A stretch of 35,081 bases of DNA from Nanobdellota archaeon (GTDB lineage Archaea; Nanobdellota; Nanobdellia; Pacearchaeales; GW2011-AR1). Location of the stretch: NCBI GenBank assembly GCA_030704765.1, contig JAUYDD010000164.1, positions 1 through 35,081 on the forward strand. The letters run 5' to 3'. The position numbers were made by a program, and so were the translations under genes. Below the pieces are notes generated by a model. That model was given only the letters and a program-made list of their open reading frames with translations. It did no database searches and was not told the DNA's origin. Shown here in pieces: positions 19,562 through 29,071 of the stretch. The stretch's first letter is position 1; each line of letters opens with the position of its first letter.

Positions 19562-20646
19562 TTTAAAAAATTTATGACTTCTTTCATTTTTATTTTTTTA
19601 GGTATTTTAACATTAGATATAAGAAAACCATTTAACTCTTTATTATCTGGATAAATATGCATTGAAACAAATCCTTTATTTTTTTCTTGATAAAAATTTG
19701 GAAAAAAATAATTTCCTTTTTCTAAATAGATTATTAAATCTCCGTATTTTTTTTCAAAAGGGATTTTATATTCTTTTGCTTTTTTTGTATCTAAAATTTT
19801 TATCTCTTTATGATTTTTAATTATAGATATGATTTCATTTCTCACATCCTCATTCTTAAACCAAATACTAACTGTTGTACCTCCAATAAAATAAAGGTAA
19901 TCCTTTCTTTTTGGCAATGAACTTCTTATATCAATATATTTTTTTATATCTGAAAAACCATGGTCAGACCATAAAAATATTTCTCCATCAGGATTATTCT
20001 CTAAAAACTTGATTACTGACTTTTTTATTAATTCATCAGTCTCATATAATGCTGTTTTTATTTTATTGCTTCTTTTTCCAAATTTATGTAAAGTTTTATC
20101 AATTTTCATTATTTGAACATAATATATTTCTTTATTTTTTATTGATAATAATCTTGATAAACGTTCAGAATCCTTTTCATTTCTTAAAATGATTTTTTCC
20201 TTGCCATCTACTACAAAAAAAGGCCATTTATAAAACACATATCTCTTATTCTTAAAAAAATCAAGTTTCCATAACCCTTCTTTAGCTGAAGTATCAAAAA
20301 ATCTTAGTTTGTCATCGGGTATATTATGGAGTCCAGACATCCAAGTGCGTTTATTCTTTAGTTGCAAATAAGCTCCTATATAATCTCTGAGTCTTCCTAT
20401 TCCAAATATCTTCATAAGCAATGAATTAAAAATAGAATTATCACTTTTTTCAAATTCTAACCAGATTTTTGATTCTATTGGATCTTTTCCTGAAAAAAAA
20501 CTATATTCAAGACCAGTTGATGCAAATAAAGTTACAAGATCAGAAATATAGTTCTTTTTTGAATAACTATATAAAAAGGGAGTATTTTCTTCTGAAACAA
20601 GGTCTTTGCCTAGCCCATCTATACATATTATTAGTTTCGGTTTCAT
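19558..20646 (-). CDS. Alkaline phosphatase superfamily, nucleotide pyrophosphatase/phosphodiesterase-like
   Basis: Metal-ligand pattern ICIDG, D...H..G, SDHG and a late His (SMH). No evident signal peptide. Confidence 0.8.
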   Translation of the reverse strand: MKPKLIICIDGLGKDLVSEENTPFLYSYSKKNYISDLVTLFASTGLEYSFFSGKDPIESKIWLEFEKSDNSIFNSLLMKIFGIGRLRDYIGAYLQLKNKRTWMSGLHNIPDDKLRFFDTSAKEGLWKLDFFKNKRYVFYKWPFFVVDGKEKIILRNEKDSERLSRLLSIKNKEIYYVQIMKIDKTLHKFGKRSNKIKTALYETDELIKKSVIKFLENNPDGEIFLWSDHGFSDIKKYIDIRSSLPKRKDYLYFIGGTTVSIWFKNEDVRNEIISIIKNHKEIKILDTKKAKEYKIPFEKKYGDLIIYLEKGNYFFPNFYQEKNKGFVSMHIYPDNKELNGFLISNVKIPKKIKMKEVINFLK

Positions 20647-21908
20647 TAAATTTTTTGAAGGAAAAATGCTATATAAGCATTTGCATATTCTAATGACAAA
20701 TCTTCCCAGTTTTCTGATTTTACAGGATACACTTTTTTTAATAGAATCCTAGATTTTTCAATATTTTCGCTTTCATTGTTTTCTATACCTGTAATAAGAT
20801 ATATTAAAGAAGCAAATATAATGAGGTCTGGAGAACTATTAAAAAATAATCTTTTATAAGTTATACCTAGGGATTTTAATCTTTTATAATACTTATATTT
20901 CATTATTAATGTTAAGATTGGAAGAAATATAACTGAAATATTACTAAAATTTATACCTGACTTTTTTTTAATTATTTCTTTTAGATAAGGCATATAAAAA
21001 TCCTTCCTCATTTCCAAGATATTTTTAGATAAATCAGTTATATTGTTAATTTCTTTTTTTAAAAAATTATTAAAAAAATATTTTGAAACTTCTAATATAG
21101 AATCTCTTGCTATAAACCACTCTTTTACAACATCCTTATTTGGAAGTTTTTTTGGATCAATTTTCCATTTAATAAATTCTTCTATTTTTTTATCAAGAGA
21201 TGGTATAACCTTAAAAAGTTCTGGAAAATCAGTTTTATAATTTTTTTTAAATATCAACATTGAATTTTTATATCCTATTTCATATTTTCCTGAAACTAAT
21301 AATAAAGAAGTACAAATTGCAGCATAAGCTTGTTGAATTATGTAGGTTAAAAATTCCTTATCATGTTTGTCTTCTTTTGAAAAATATTCTATCATCTGGC
21401 TCATCCTATCCAATAATAGCTTTGCACCTTCTGACAAAGGCATTTCTTCTAATTTATATTCGGGAATTAAATCTCGAACGTCTTCACCAAACAATATATA
21501 AGAATATTTTTTTAATTCAATTGTCCTTATTCTTGGAAGAAGTTTTTTTAAATCATTTGGAGTATCGACCTTTAAATCTATATAAAAATTTTCTTGTAAT
21601 TTTTGTTCTTCTTTTTTAAATGGATAAAAATTTATTATGCCTTTATATCCTAATTTTTTAGATATTTCTATGGATAATCTGTCTGAATCTTCCTTAGATA
21701 GCTTAGTTTTAGATATCACTTGTATATCATAATCATTATAAGGATAATATTTTTTATTAATTAATTTTACTGGACCTTCTCCCCTTGAAAAACCTCCGGT
21801 TAGTATTATTGAAATAGTATCAGGAATAGATTTTTTTATTTCTTCGCAAATTAATTCCATATCTTTTTCGATTTTCTCATTTGCTTTTTTTGAAATAGTG
21901 TACTTCAT
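20646..21908 (-). CDS. Pol-beta superfamily nucleotidyltransferase with helical C-terminal domain
   Basis: IILTGGFSRGEG...NDYDIQV (hG[GS]..DxD) and a third acidic residue (YIDL). Start placed at ATG 21908, 1 bp after the upstream stop. Confidence 0.75.
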   Translation of the reverse strand: MKYTISKKANEKIEKDMELICEEIKKSIPDTISIILTGGFSRGEGPVKLINKKYYPYNDYDIQVISKTKLSKEDSDRLSIEISKKLGYKGIINFYPFKKEEQKLQENFYIDLKVDTPNDLKKLLPRIRTIELKKYSYILFGEDVRDLIPEYKLEEMPLSEGAKLLLDRMSQMIEYFSKEDKHDKEFLTYIIQQAYAAICTSLLLVSGKYEIGYKNSMLIFKKNYKTDFPELFKVIPSLDKKIEEFIKWKIDPKKLPNKDVVKEWFIARDSILEVSKYFFNNFLKKEINNITDLSKNILEMRKDFYMPYLKEIIKKKSGINFSNISVIFLPILTLIMKYKYYKRLKSLGITYKRLFFNSSPDLIIFASLIYLITGIENNESENIEKSRILLKKVYPVKSENWEDLSLEYANAYIAFFLQKI

Positions 21909-21909
21909 T

Positions 21910-23367
21910 TTACCTTTTAAATAAGAAATCATTTAAATGACCGAGGACAGCTTTTATTCCTCTTAAATTAAACTTGAAATCTTGCCAGTTTTTTATGCCT
22001 TTTATCCTAGTAAAAATATATTTTGGTGTTAAAAATATAGTATAAATTTTTCCACAGACTTTTGCTACATCTTTAGCATCTGAATCTTTTGTCATTAATA
22101 CTGGTTCAGTCATATCATATCTTTCGTAGTCTAGTGGATTGAATAAAAACCAATTGTTTTCTTTTGCTTCTTTCCATAATGGAGTTCCTGGATAAGGTAT
22201 CAAAACAGTTGCTTGTAATAAATCAGCTTTTCCAGATTGCATAAGAATTTTAGCTAATTCAAAGGTTTTAAGTGCATCTTCTTTTGTTTCCCAAGGATAG
22301 CCAACAATCATTGTCAAATGCACTGTTAAGCCTGCAAGTTTCGCCATTTCACATCCTTTTATTATATCTTCGACTTTTATTCCTTTATTTAGCTTATCTA
22401 AAGTGGATTGGTTAGCAGACTCAAGTCCAAATTTTAATAATCTAAAGCCTGCTTTTTTCATAAGATAATAATCCTCTTGATCTAAACATCCAAATCTCAT
22501 ATTACAAGAATAATATATTTTTTTATTATAACCTCTTTCTATTAAACCATTACAGATGTCTTTTAACCATTTTCCTGTTGTCAAGGTTCCAGAGTCATCA
22601 AATATTTCCTTCACATTATACTTTTCAATTAATAATCCTATTTCATCTAAAACATTTTTTACGCTCCTGTTTCTGAATTTAGGATAGAGAACGGGCCAGG
22701 CACAAAAAAGGCATTTTCCCCACCAACAATCTCTTCCAGACATAATATAGAAAAAAGGCTTTCCTATCAGGTTATATTCTTTTTCATAATTTTTCCATTT
22801 TGTAAGTTCCCGATCTATAAATGGCAATGCATCTAGAATGTGCTTCAGTTGGAATTTTCCATTATTAATAATAGTTTTTCCTTTTTTATAATAAATCCCT
22901 GCAGGAATCTTCTTATTTTTTATAAGAGCTTCTATTAATTCATCCAATAATATATCAAAATCTCCTCCGCATAAAACAAAATCTACTTTAGAGTTTTCTA
23001 TAGATTCTTGTGGAAAAGAGGTCACATGATCTCCCATAATAATAATTCTTAATTTAGGAAACTTTTCTTTTAATTCATCAATAAGTTTCCAATGTTGCTT
23101 TATTACAGGTGTTTTTGTCTCAAAAGCAAATATTTGAGGTTTTTCTTTTTCTATAAATAATAAAAAATCTTCAAAAGAAGTCTTTTCTGCAATTGAATCA
23201 TGCCAAACAACTTCATGGCCTTTAGCTTTTAATAGAGTAGCTGCACTAGCTAAGACTATTGGAAAAATATAACTAGGATTGCTAAACCACTGGAATTGCC
23301 TATTTTGCGACAACAAAGGAATTCCTTTTTCAGATTCTGTTGGAGGATAGCCTATTAAGAGTTTCAT
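21910..23367 (-). CDS. Cobalamin-binding radical SAM protein (HpnJ-like), CX4CX2C motif
   Basis: GDHVT, GRDCWWGKCLFC, FDDS, FGLES and PYPGTPL motifs. Start placed at ATG 23367, 4 bp after the GT2 stop. Confidence 0.9.
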   Translation of the reverse strand: MKLLIGYPPTESEKGIPLLSQNRQFQWFSNPSYIFPIVLASAATLLKAKGHEVVWHDSIAEKTSFEDFLLFIEKEKPQIFAFETKTPVIKQHWKLIDELKEKFPKLRIIIMGDHVTSFPQESIENSKVDFVLCGGDFDILLDELIEALIKNKKIPAGIYYKKGKTIINNGKFQLKHILDALPFIDRELTKWKNYEKEYNLIGKPFFYIMSGRDCWWGKCLFCAWPVLYPKFRNRSVKNVLDEIGLLIEKYNVKEIFDDSGTLTTGKWLKDICNGLIERGYNKKIYYSCNMRFGCLDQEDYYLMKKAGFRLLKFGLESANQSTLDKLNKGIKVEDIIKGCEMAKLAGLTVHLTMIVGYPWETKEDALKTFELAKILMQSGKADLLQATVLIPYPGTPLWKEAKENNWFLFNPLDYERYDMTEPVLMTKDSDAKDVAKVCGKIYTIFLTPKYIFTRIKGIKNWQDFKFNLRGIKAVLGHLNDFLFKR

Positions 23368-23371
23368 TTTA

Positions 23372-24328
23372 TCAAAAAACCTTTTTAAAATGCCCATAAA
23401 TCATTCCAGCACCATAGCTTAAATGAATCATAGGATAGATAAAAGGTAAAACAAAAAAAGCTTTAAAATCTTTGTTTTTTGTTGAATCATATAAAGCGAA
23501 TAAAATCGCTAGAATAATATACAAAATCAAAGGTCCAAATAACACGTGGCTAAATAGGGTTATTTTTTCATTTGCACCGATAATAGCACCTGTTATTGAA
23601 ACTTTTAATAAAACATAAAAAATCAAGGTTAAAATATAAATAAAAAACAAACTTGGAATAATAAAGAATGGCATTTTTAAAGTTTCAAAAAAGCTTTCTT
23701 TTTTTGGCCTTACTTTCCCATAATTAAATATCTGCTTAGAAAGCCCCTTTGGGCCTGCTCTTCTTTTATGATAAATTATTAAATTAGGATTATAAGCAAC
23801 TTTAAATCCCTGTTTTTTTGCATCATAAATAAACCTAGGGTCTTCACCTGGAAATAATTTAGGATCAAAATTTATATTTTCCATGACTTTTCTTCTGCAA
23901 AATAAAATAGCAGAAGTAACACAGGTTTCATCAGTATCACAGATTATTTTTCCTTCGCAATACCTATTAGCCATTTTCCAAGCACCGAATTTAGAGGATA
24001 ATGCATATCCAGAAATTTTTCCAAAACCTCTTTGTTCTTGAGGTGTTAATTGAACTCCTCCAACAATAGCTATATCTGGGTTTTGTTTTAAGAAATCATC
24101 TGCATTTTTTAATAAATCAGGGCTAATAAAAGCATCATCATCAATAAAACCTATAATTTCCCCTTTAGCTTTTTTAAAACCCCTGTTCCTGTTATCACTT
24201 GGATTTAATCCTTTTTCTATTATTATCTCAAAATCCTTTTTTGGGTAATCAATATTTTTTAAGCTTTCTACAACTTCTGCTTTCCTATCAGGCGCTACTG
24301 CAATTACAATTGAAAACTTCATCTTCAT
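23372..24328 (-). CDS. Glycosyltransferase family 2 with C-terminal TM helices
   Basis: NRNRG..A.GEIIGFIDDD, GED, H.RR, Q...YG and a hydrophobic C-terminus. Confidence 0.88.
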   Translation of the reverse strand: MKMKFSIVIAVAPDRKAEVVESLKNIDYPKKDFEIIIEKGLNPSDNRNRGFKKAKGEIIGFIDDDAFISPDLLKNADDFLKQNPDIAIVGGVQLTPQEQRGFGKISGYALSSKFGAWKMANRYCEGKIICDTDETCVTSAILFCRRKVMENINFDPKLFPGEDPRFIYDAKKQGFKVAYNPNLIIYHKRRAGPKGLSKQIFNYGKVRPKKESFFETLKMPFFIIPSLFFIYILTLIFYVLLKVSITGAIIGANEKITLFSHVLFGPLILYIILAILFALYDSTKNKDFKAFFVLPFIYPMIHLSYGAGMIYGHFKKVF

Positions 24329-24368
24329 AGATAAAATAAAGGGATTATAAACTTTCTTGTGATATAAT

Positions 24369-25151
24369 TTAATGGAATTTTATATTTTCAGGAAGCTTTC
24401 TATATAATCTGACTACAAATCTGAAAGGTGAGTGAATAATCCTAAGCCTAATGACTGACAAAAACATTGTAATAGGAGTTCTTCTTAAGTTTACAGTAGA
24501 ATTTGTTTTATCTTCCCACGTAGTTGGTATAGATTTAATTCTTGCACCAGCTCTTCTTGAATAAAACAATAAATCAACATCAAAGCTCCATTTTAAGCTT
24601 GAACCTAGTTTTGGTATTATATTTATTAATAACTCCCTTTTAAATAGTTTAGCACCGCATTGAGTGTCCCTATGTGAAAACAAAAATAAGCTTCTAACAA
24701 TAACATTAAATCCCCTAGAAAGTATTCTTCTTAAGATAGTTTGTTTAGTCTTTATATTGCTTCTTTTGTCCCATCTATTTGGAATAACTCCGTCAAAATT
24801 TTTTATATGCAAGATTAAATCATTAAACGCTTCCGGTGGAGTTGCCATGTCTGCATCAACAAATCCTATAAGTTCAAACCTTTTTTCAACAGCGTATTTA
24901 AAACCTTCTATAATAGCAAAACCTTTTCCACCTTGTAAAAAATTAAGATAGTTTATTTCTTTATATTTCTTAGAATAAGATTTTACAATCTCTTCTGTCC
25001 TGTCTTGGGTATTATTAATGACAACAAGAATTTCAAAATCAAGAAATTTATTTTTTTTCTTTTCAGAAAAAAAGCTTGCATATCCTTCTAATGTTTTGCC
25101 AATCCTTTGTTCTTCATTATAAGCTGGTATGACTATGCAAACTCTAACCAT
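24369..25151 (-). CDS. Dolichyl-phosphate hexose synthase-like GT2 (ALG5/AglD-like)
   Basis: VIPAYNEE.RI, GKG.A, FVDAD, DTQCGAKLF and FDVDLL motifs. Confidence 0.9.
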   Translation of the reverse strand: MVRVCIVIPAYNEEQRIGKTLEGYASFFSEKKKNKFLDFEILVVINNTQDRTEEIVKSYSKKYKEINYLNFLQGGKGFAIIEGFKYAVEKRFELIGFVDADMATPPEAFNDLILHIKNFDGVIPNRWDKRSNIKTKQTILRRILSRGFNVIVRSLFLFSHRDTQCGAKLFKRELLINIIPKLGSSLKWSFDVDLLFYSRRAGARIKSIPTTWEDKTNSTVNLRRTPITMFLSVIRLRIIHSPFRFVVRLYRKLPENIKFH

Positions 25152-25156
25152 GGAAT

Positions 25157-26080
25157 TTATTCATTTTTAAAGGTTAAAAAGCTTCCGATTACAGCAGGCA
25201 GTACTCCGCTTATAACTATTGAAACTAAAGACATTGAAAAAACCTTTGCAGCAGGAACTCCAAATAAAGAGAATAAGCTTATTAAAACCACCTCTCTAGT
25301 TCCAATCCCATTAATGCTTATTGGGAGCATTGAAATTAAAGCACTAATTGGGAAAATAGCTAAATAGTAAATAAATGAAAGCTCTATTCCAAGTGCTACT
25401 CCTATGATATATGTAACAAGATATAGAATAACCCAGGTAAAAATATTTAATGCAAAAAAGAATAAAAAATATCTCTTTTTTGGCATATTTTCATAAAAAG
25501 AATCAAAAGTTATTCTTGTTTTTTCTTTGAGTTTATTTGGAATTAATTTTTTATAAAAAACTTTTAAAATTATTCTTGCCCTTTCTTTATTTAAAAAAAT
25601 AAAAGTTAAAGATATTAAACCAATAAAAATTACAATAAAAAGATTTATAGGCAGAAAAGAAAATTTATTTTTAAAAATAAATGAGAATAATATAACAAGA
25701 GTTACTAATGAAAGGAGGTCTAAAGCTTTATCTAAAACAAAATTACATAATCCTTTTCCAATGTTTGGAGTATATTTTTTTAAATATTCAGCTCTTAAAA
25801 CTGTTCCTAATCTTGAGGGAGTTATAAAACCATAAAAATTAGTTATAAAATTTATTTTAAACGCATCTTTGAAACTTAAGTCTATACCTTGTTTAATTGC
25901 AATCACAAACCATTTTAAAGTTTGAAGAAGCAATAGAACAAATACTACAAAAAATGAAAGAATAATCAGGGAAACATCTGCATTTTTTATCTCATTTACA
26001 ACTTGATAAATGTCTATTTTTATTAATATGTATATAAATAAAATTATTCCAATTAATGAAAGATATTTTTTCCAGTTCAT
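25157..26080 (-). CDS. Lysylphosphatidylglycerol-synthase TM / flippase-like (UPF0104, AglD2-like) membrane protein
   Basis: W..., TPSRLG..R, D..D and PISINGIGTRE motifs. ATGA overlap with the upstream gene. Confidence 0.85.
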   Translation of the reverse strand: MNWKKYLSLIGIILFIYILIKIDIYQVVNEIKNADVSLIILSFFVVFVLLLLQTLKWFVIAIKQGIDLSFKDAFKINFITNFYGFITPSRLGTVLRAEYLKKYTPNIGKGLCNFVLDKALDLLSLVTLVILFSFIFKNKFSFLPINLFIVIFIGLISLTFIFLNKERARIILKVFYKKLIPNKLKEKTRITFDSFYENMPKKRYFLFFFALNIFTWVILYLVTYIIGVALGIELSFIYYLAIFPISALISMLPISINGIGTREVVLISLFSLFGVPAAKVFSMSLVSIVISGVLPAVIGSFLTFKNE

Positions 26081-27093
26081 GCAAAAAGAGCCTCTTTAAA
26101 TATCAATAATGCTAACAAACAAATAATTATTTGGAATATAAAAATAAGATAAACAGCATCTTTTTCATATACTTTTTTCTTTATTTTTTTCAATAAAAAT
26201 ATTGATAGATGAGATATTCCGTATATTTTATTATAAGGCATATCTATACTGCCATCTTTTCTTGGCAATCCAAAAGACTGTTTTTTTAGGTTTCCTCTTA
26301 ATTTTAAAAATGTCTCTATTATATAAAGGAAAAATATGAACACTGCTATTTTTTCAAAATTCCCCAGAATAGCCATGCATGCAATTAAAGCTCCTACTGA
26401 ATAAGTCATGATATCTCCGGGAAATACTTTTGCAGGATATTTATTGAAAACATAAAAAGCTATTAATGATGCTACCATGCATAATCCTACAATAGATAAC
26501 CAAGGATTTCCAGTAACATAAGCTACAAAAGATAAAAAACTTAATATAATAATTCCCTGTCCTGCTTCAAGACCATTAAATCCTGCTAAAAAATTATAAG
26601 TTGTTGTTGCACCTGCAATACCTATTGGTACTAATATAAGGGGATAGATTAATCCTAAAGATAATTCTCCTAAAAAGGGTAAATTAATAGTATGGTTTCC
26701 AGCATTTATTACTACTAAGGGTATAGAAGCTGCGAAAACTAAGAAAATCCTAAACCTGACTGATAATCCGCCATGTCTCCAGCCTAAAAGATCATCTACT
26801 AACCCAACTATAGCTAAAATAAGCACTATAGAAAGCATAGCAAATATCTTGGTTGTTATTCCATCACTATCTTGAAAAATAAATGTCCTTATAGCAATAT
26901 AAATCAGTACTGCTATTACAAAGGACATAACAACAATTATACCTCCTGATGAAGCTACATTTTTTGGATGATTGTACTTGTTCATATCTTCCCATAGTAA
27001 TCCTGTCTTATTGCATTTTTTTATCCATTTTGGCAATAAAATCATTGATAAAGCAAAGCTTATCAAAATTGACAAAAATAATAATTCTTCCAT
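26077..27093 (-). CDS. UDP-GlcNAc:dolichyl-phosphate GlcNAc-1-phosphate transferase (AglH/GPT-like; MraY/WecA family)
   Basis: D.NK...V...GG, GLVDD, NFLAGFNGLEAG and YPAKVFPGD motifs typical of the GPT/Alg7 branch. Confidence 0.88.
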   Translation of the reverse strand: MEELLFLSILISFALSMILLPKWIKKCNKTGLLWEDMNKYNHPKNVASSGGIIVVMSFVIAVLIYIAIRTFIFQDSDGITTKIFAMLSIVLILAIVGLVDDLLGWRHGGLSVRFRIFLVFAASIPLVVINAGNHTINLPFLGELSLGLIYPLILVPIGIAGATTTYNFLAGFNGLEAGQGIIILSFLSFVAYVTGNPWLSIVGLCMVASLIAFYVFNKYPAKVFPGDIMTYSVGALIACMAILGNFEKIAVFIFFLYIIETFLKLRGNLKKQSFGLPRKDGSIDMPYNKIYGISHLSIFLLKKIKKKVYEKDAVYLIFIFQIIICLLALLIFKEALFA

Positions 27094-27139
27094 CTGATTT
27101 ATAGAAAATCAGAGTTTTTAAAATTAACAGTATATAAAA

Positions 27140-27268
27140 ATCAAGAAAACCATAAGTTTACCACACACTAAAGTGTGTGGTTTGTTTAGTGGTTTTCTGG
27201 ATGCTCCAAAATCGATAATCCTGTCTTATCTCCACATCATAAATGATGTGGTTATCGATTTTGCACAT
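27140..27268 (+). repeat. Bipartite nested palindromic element, copy 2
   Basis: agaaaacca/tggttttct around accacacac-taaa-gtgtgtggt; then ggatgctc; then caaaatcgataa/ttatcgattttg around ccacatca-taaa-tgatgtgg; ends cacat. Confidence 0.85.
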
Positions 27269-27289
27269 ATAAATCAAAAAGCCTAAAAA

Positions 27290-28843
27290 TCATATTTGAT
27301 GTAAAAACTTATTCTTTATAGAGGATATTATCATCAAATCATTATTATCCAGACTTCTTGATATAAATATCAAGAGTAGATAAATTAACATGAAAAATGA
27401 AGCAAGCATAATTAAAGAAAAAAGGTTTATTTCTATAAATCGTCTTAAATAAAATATGAACAATGCTGGAAATATTGAACAAAGGGCTATTCCTATCATT
27501 TTTTTTCTTAATGGTATTATTGAAGTATATTTTTTAACTTGAAAGAACAATAAGAAAAATAAAATTATTTGAGAAAATAATGTGGTAAAAGCAGCTCCTG
27601 ACATGCCGTATATGGGTACGATTATTATATTTAATGTCAAGTTAATAACGGCTGTAATAACTGTATTAAATAAAATAGTTTTAGATTTTCCTGCCATGGA
27701 CAAGAGATTATAAAATATTACAGATAGTGAATAAATGAAAAAGCTTATCGAGAGTATTCTTAATGGAATTTCAGCTGAGATATATTCAGATCCGAAAAGT
27801 AGATTAATAAAAGCTCCTGGAAACAAGAACATTAATGCAAAAACAGGAAGATTGATAATAAACACCCATTTTTCAACTTGTTTACTTAATTCTTTGACTA
27901 AAGAAAGGTTCTTCTTTGCATATTCCTTTGTTACTATCGGCAGGAAAAGACGCATAAAAATTGTTGGAAAAAATCCTAAAAGCATTGCAATAGATACTGC
28001 AGAAGTATAAAGCCCTACTTCCAAAGTCCCTTTGAAGTATCCTATTGTCAAAGAATCAATATAAAAAAATATTGCGTCTAAAAGACCTAAAAAAACTAAA
28101 GGCCAAGAATAAGAAAAAAGATCTTTTTTTATTTTTGATTTGGATTGCTTATCTAAATCATAAGAAGAATGTTTAATGAGATATTTCTTACAATAATAAT
28201 AAGATAATAAATAAATCAATAATAATCCTAATATATAAGAAATAATAATTGAATTAGAATTAAAACCTAGATATATGAACAATAGTAGCATAAAAATCTT
28301 TATAATACTAGGGGTAATATCAAAAATAAAAGTATATTCTTTTATTTTTTCAAATCCCTGTATCACTGCTAATAAAATGTTTGATAATGCGAAAAATGGC
28401 ACTCCTATACTGAATATCCTCAAAAATATCACTAGATTAGTATCATGAAAAATATTTACTGAAATATATTCTGAGAAAATAAATAATATTATTCCAGATA
28501 ACAAAGAGAGAAAAAAGATGAATGATAAAGAAATATGGTAAAGATACTTTAATCTATCTTTATCATCTCTAGACCTAAAAATAGAGATATATCTGAGTAC
28601 ACCTTCATGAAAACCTAGAGAAGCAAATACTCCGAACCATCCTAGAATTATCAATGCTAAAGAAAAACGGCCATAAACTTCTGGACCAAAATTTCTAGCA
28701 ATAATTATACGATAAACATATGCAAACAGTTTGGATATCAATATTCCTATAAAGACTATAATCGAGGTCTTTACTATGTTTTTTAATGAATTTTCTACTA
28801 GATGTTTTTTCTTATATCTCATGATATTAAATGAAAATGCCAT
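27290..28843 (-). CDS. Oligosaccharide flippase (Wzx/MOP family, AglR-like)
   Basis: ARNFGPEVYG, ID...IG....VGLY..A, LLFG.EY and YG..GAA motifs; many TM helices. The start could be 28822. Confidence 0.9.
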   Translation of the reverse strand: MAFSFNIMRYKKKHLVENSLKNIVKTSIIVFIGILISKLFAYVYRIIIARNFGPEVYGRFSLALIILGWFGVFASLGFHEGVLRYISIFRSRDDKDRLKYLYHISLSFIFFLSLLSGIILFIFSEYISVNIFHDTNLVIFLRIFSIGVPFFALSNILLAVIQGFEKIKEYTFIFDITPSIIKIFMLLLFIYLGFNSNSIIISYILGLLLIYLLSYYYCKKYLIKHSSYDLDKQSKSKIKKDLFSYSWPLVFLGLLDAIFFYIDSLTIGYFKGTLEVGLYTSAVSIAMLLGFFPTIFMRLFLPIVTKEYAKKNLSLVKELSKQVEKWVFIINLPVFALMFLFPGAFINLLFGSEYISAEIPLRILSISFFIYSLSVIFYNLLSMAGKSKTILFNTVITAVINLTLNIIIVPIYGMSGAAFTTLFSQIILFFLLFFQVKKYTSIIPLRKKMIGIALCSIFPALFIFYLRRFIEINLFSLIMLASFFMLIYLLLIFISRSLDNNDLMIISSIKNKFLHQI

Positions 28844-28917
28844 AATGTTTTTAAATATGAGGGTTTTTAAGATGAAAAGCCAATAATTGAGAAAAAAGGT
28901 TATTTGCCTATAAAATG

Positions 28918-29061
28918 AACTACCTCGCCCTAAAGGGACGAGGTATTACTAAATAAAAAAAATGCTAACGACATTCAACACAAAGTTAAGAAGAAAAAAA
29001 TTAAATCTAACTACGGAGCACGGCTCTCCTCCATCTGTTTTAAAGCAGAGGTATCCGAGCC
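28918..29061 (+). mobile_element. Putative non-autonomous IS200/IS605-type miniature element (about 144 bp)
   Basis: Left hairpin aactacctcgccc-taaa-gggacgaggta and right hairpin ggctc.tcctccatctgttttaaagcagaggtatcc.gagcc flank a short AT-rich core. They resemble IS200/IS605 subterminal hairpins as recalled, not searched. Confidence 0.6.
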
Positions 29062-29071
29062 TATTCATGTA

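Noticed and set aside
9991..21908. Type IV CBASS or Qat-like defence system (QueC plus nucleotidyltransferase)
   Set aside because: The two genes are about 10 kb apart in different transcription units. No TGT, effector, TatD or QatA-like ATPase is visible, and the QueC has ordinary length.
21910..23367. Hopanoid biosynthesis (hpnJ) or BchE assignment for the B12-radical SAM genes
   Set aside because: There is no squalene-hopene cyclase or chlorophyll-pathway context; the similarity is at family level only, so no gene symbol was given.
21909..23397. Longer ORF-track starts at 23397 and 21932
   Set aside because: Downstream ATGs at 23367 and 21908 sit immediately after the preceding stop codons and begin at the expected domain boundaries.
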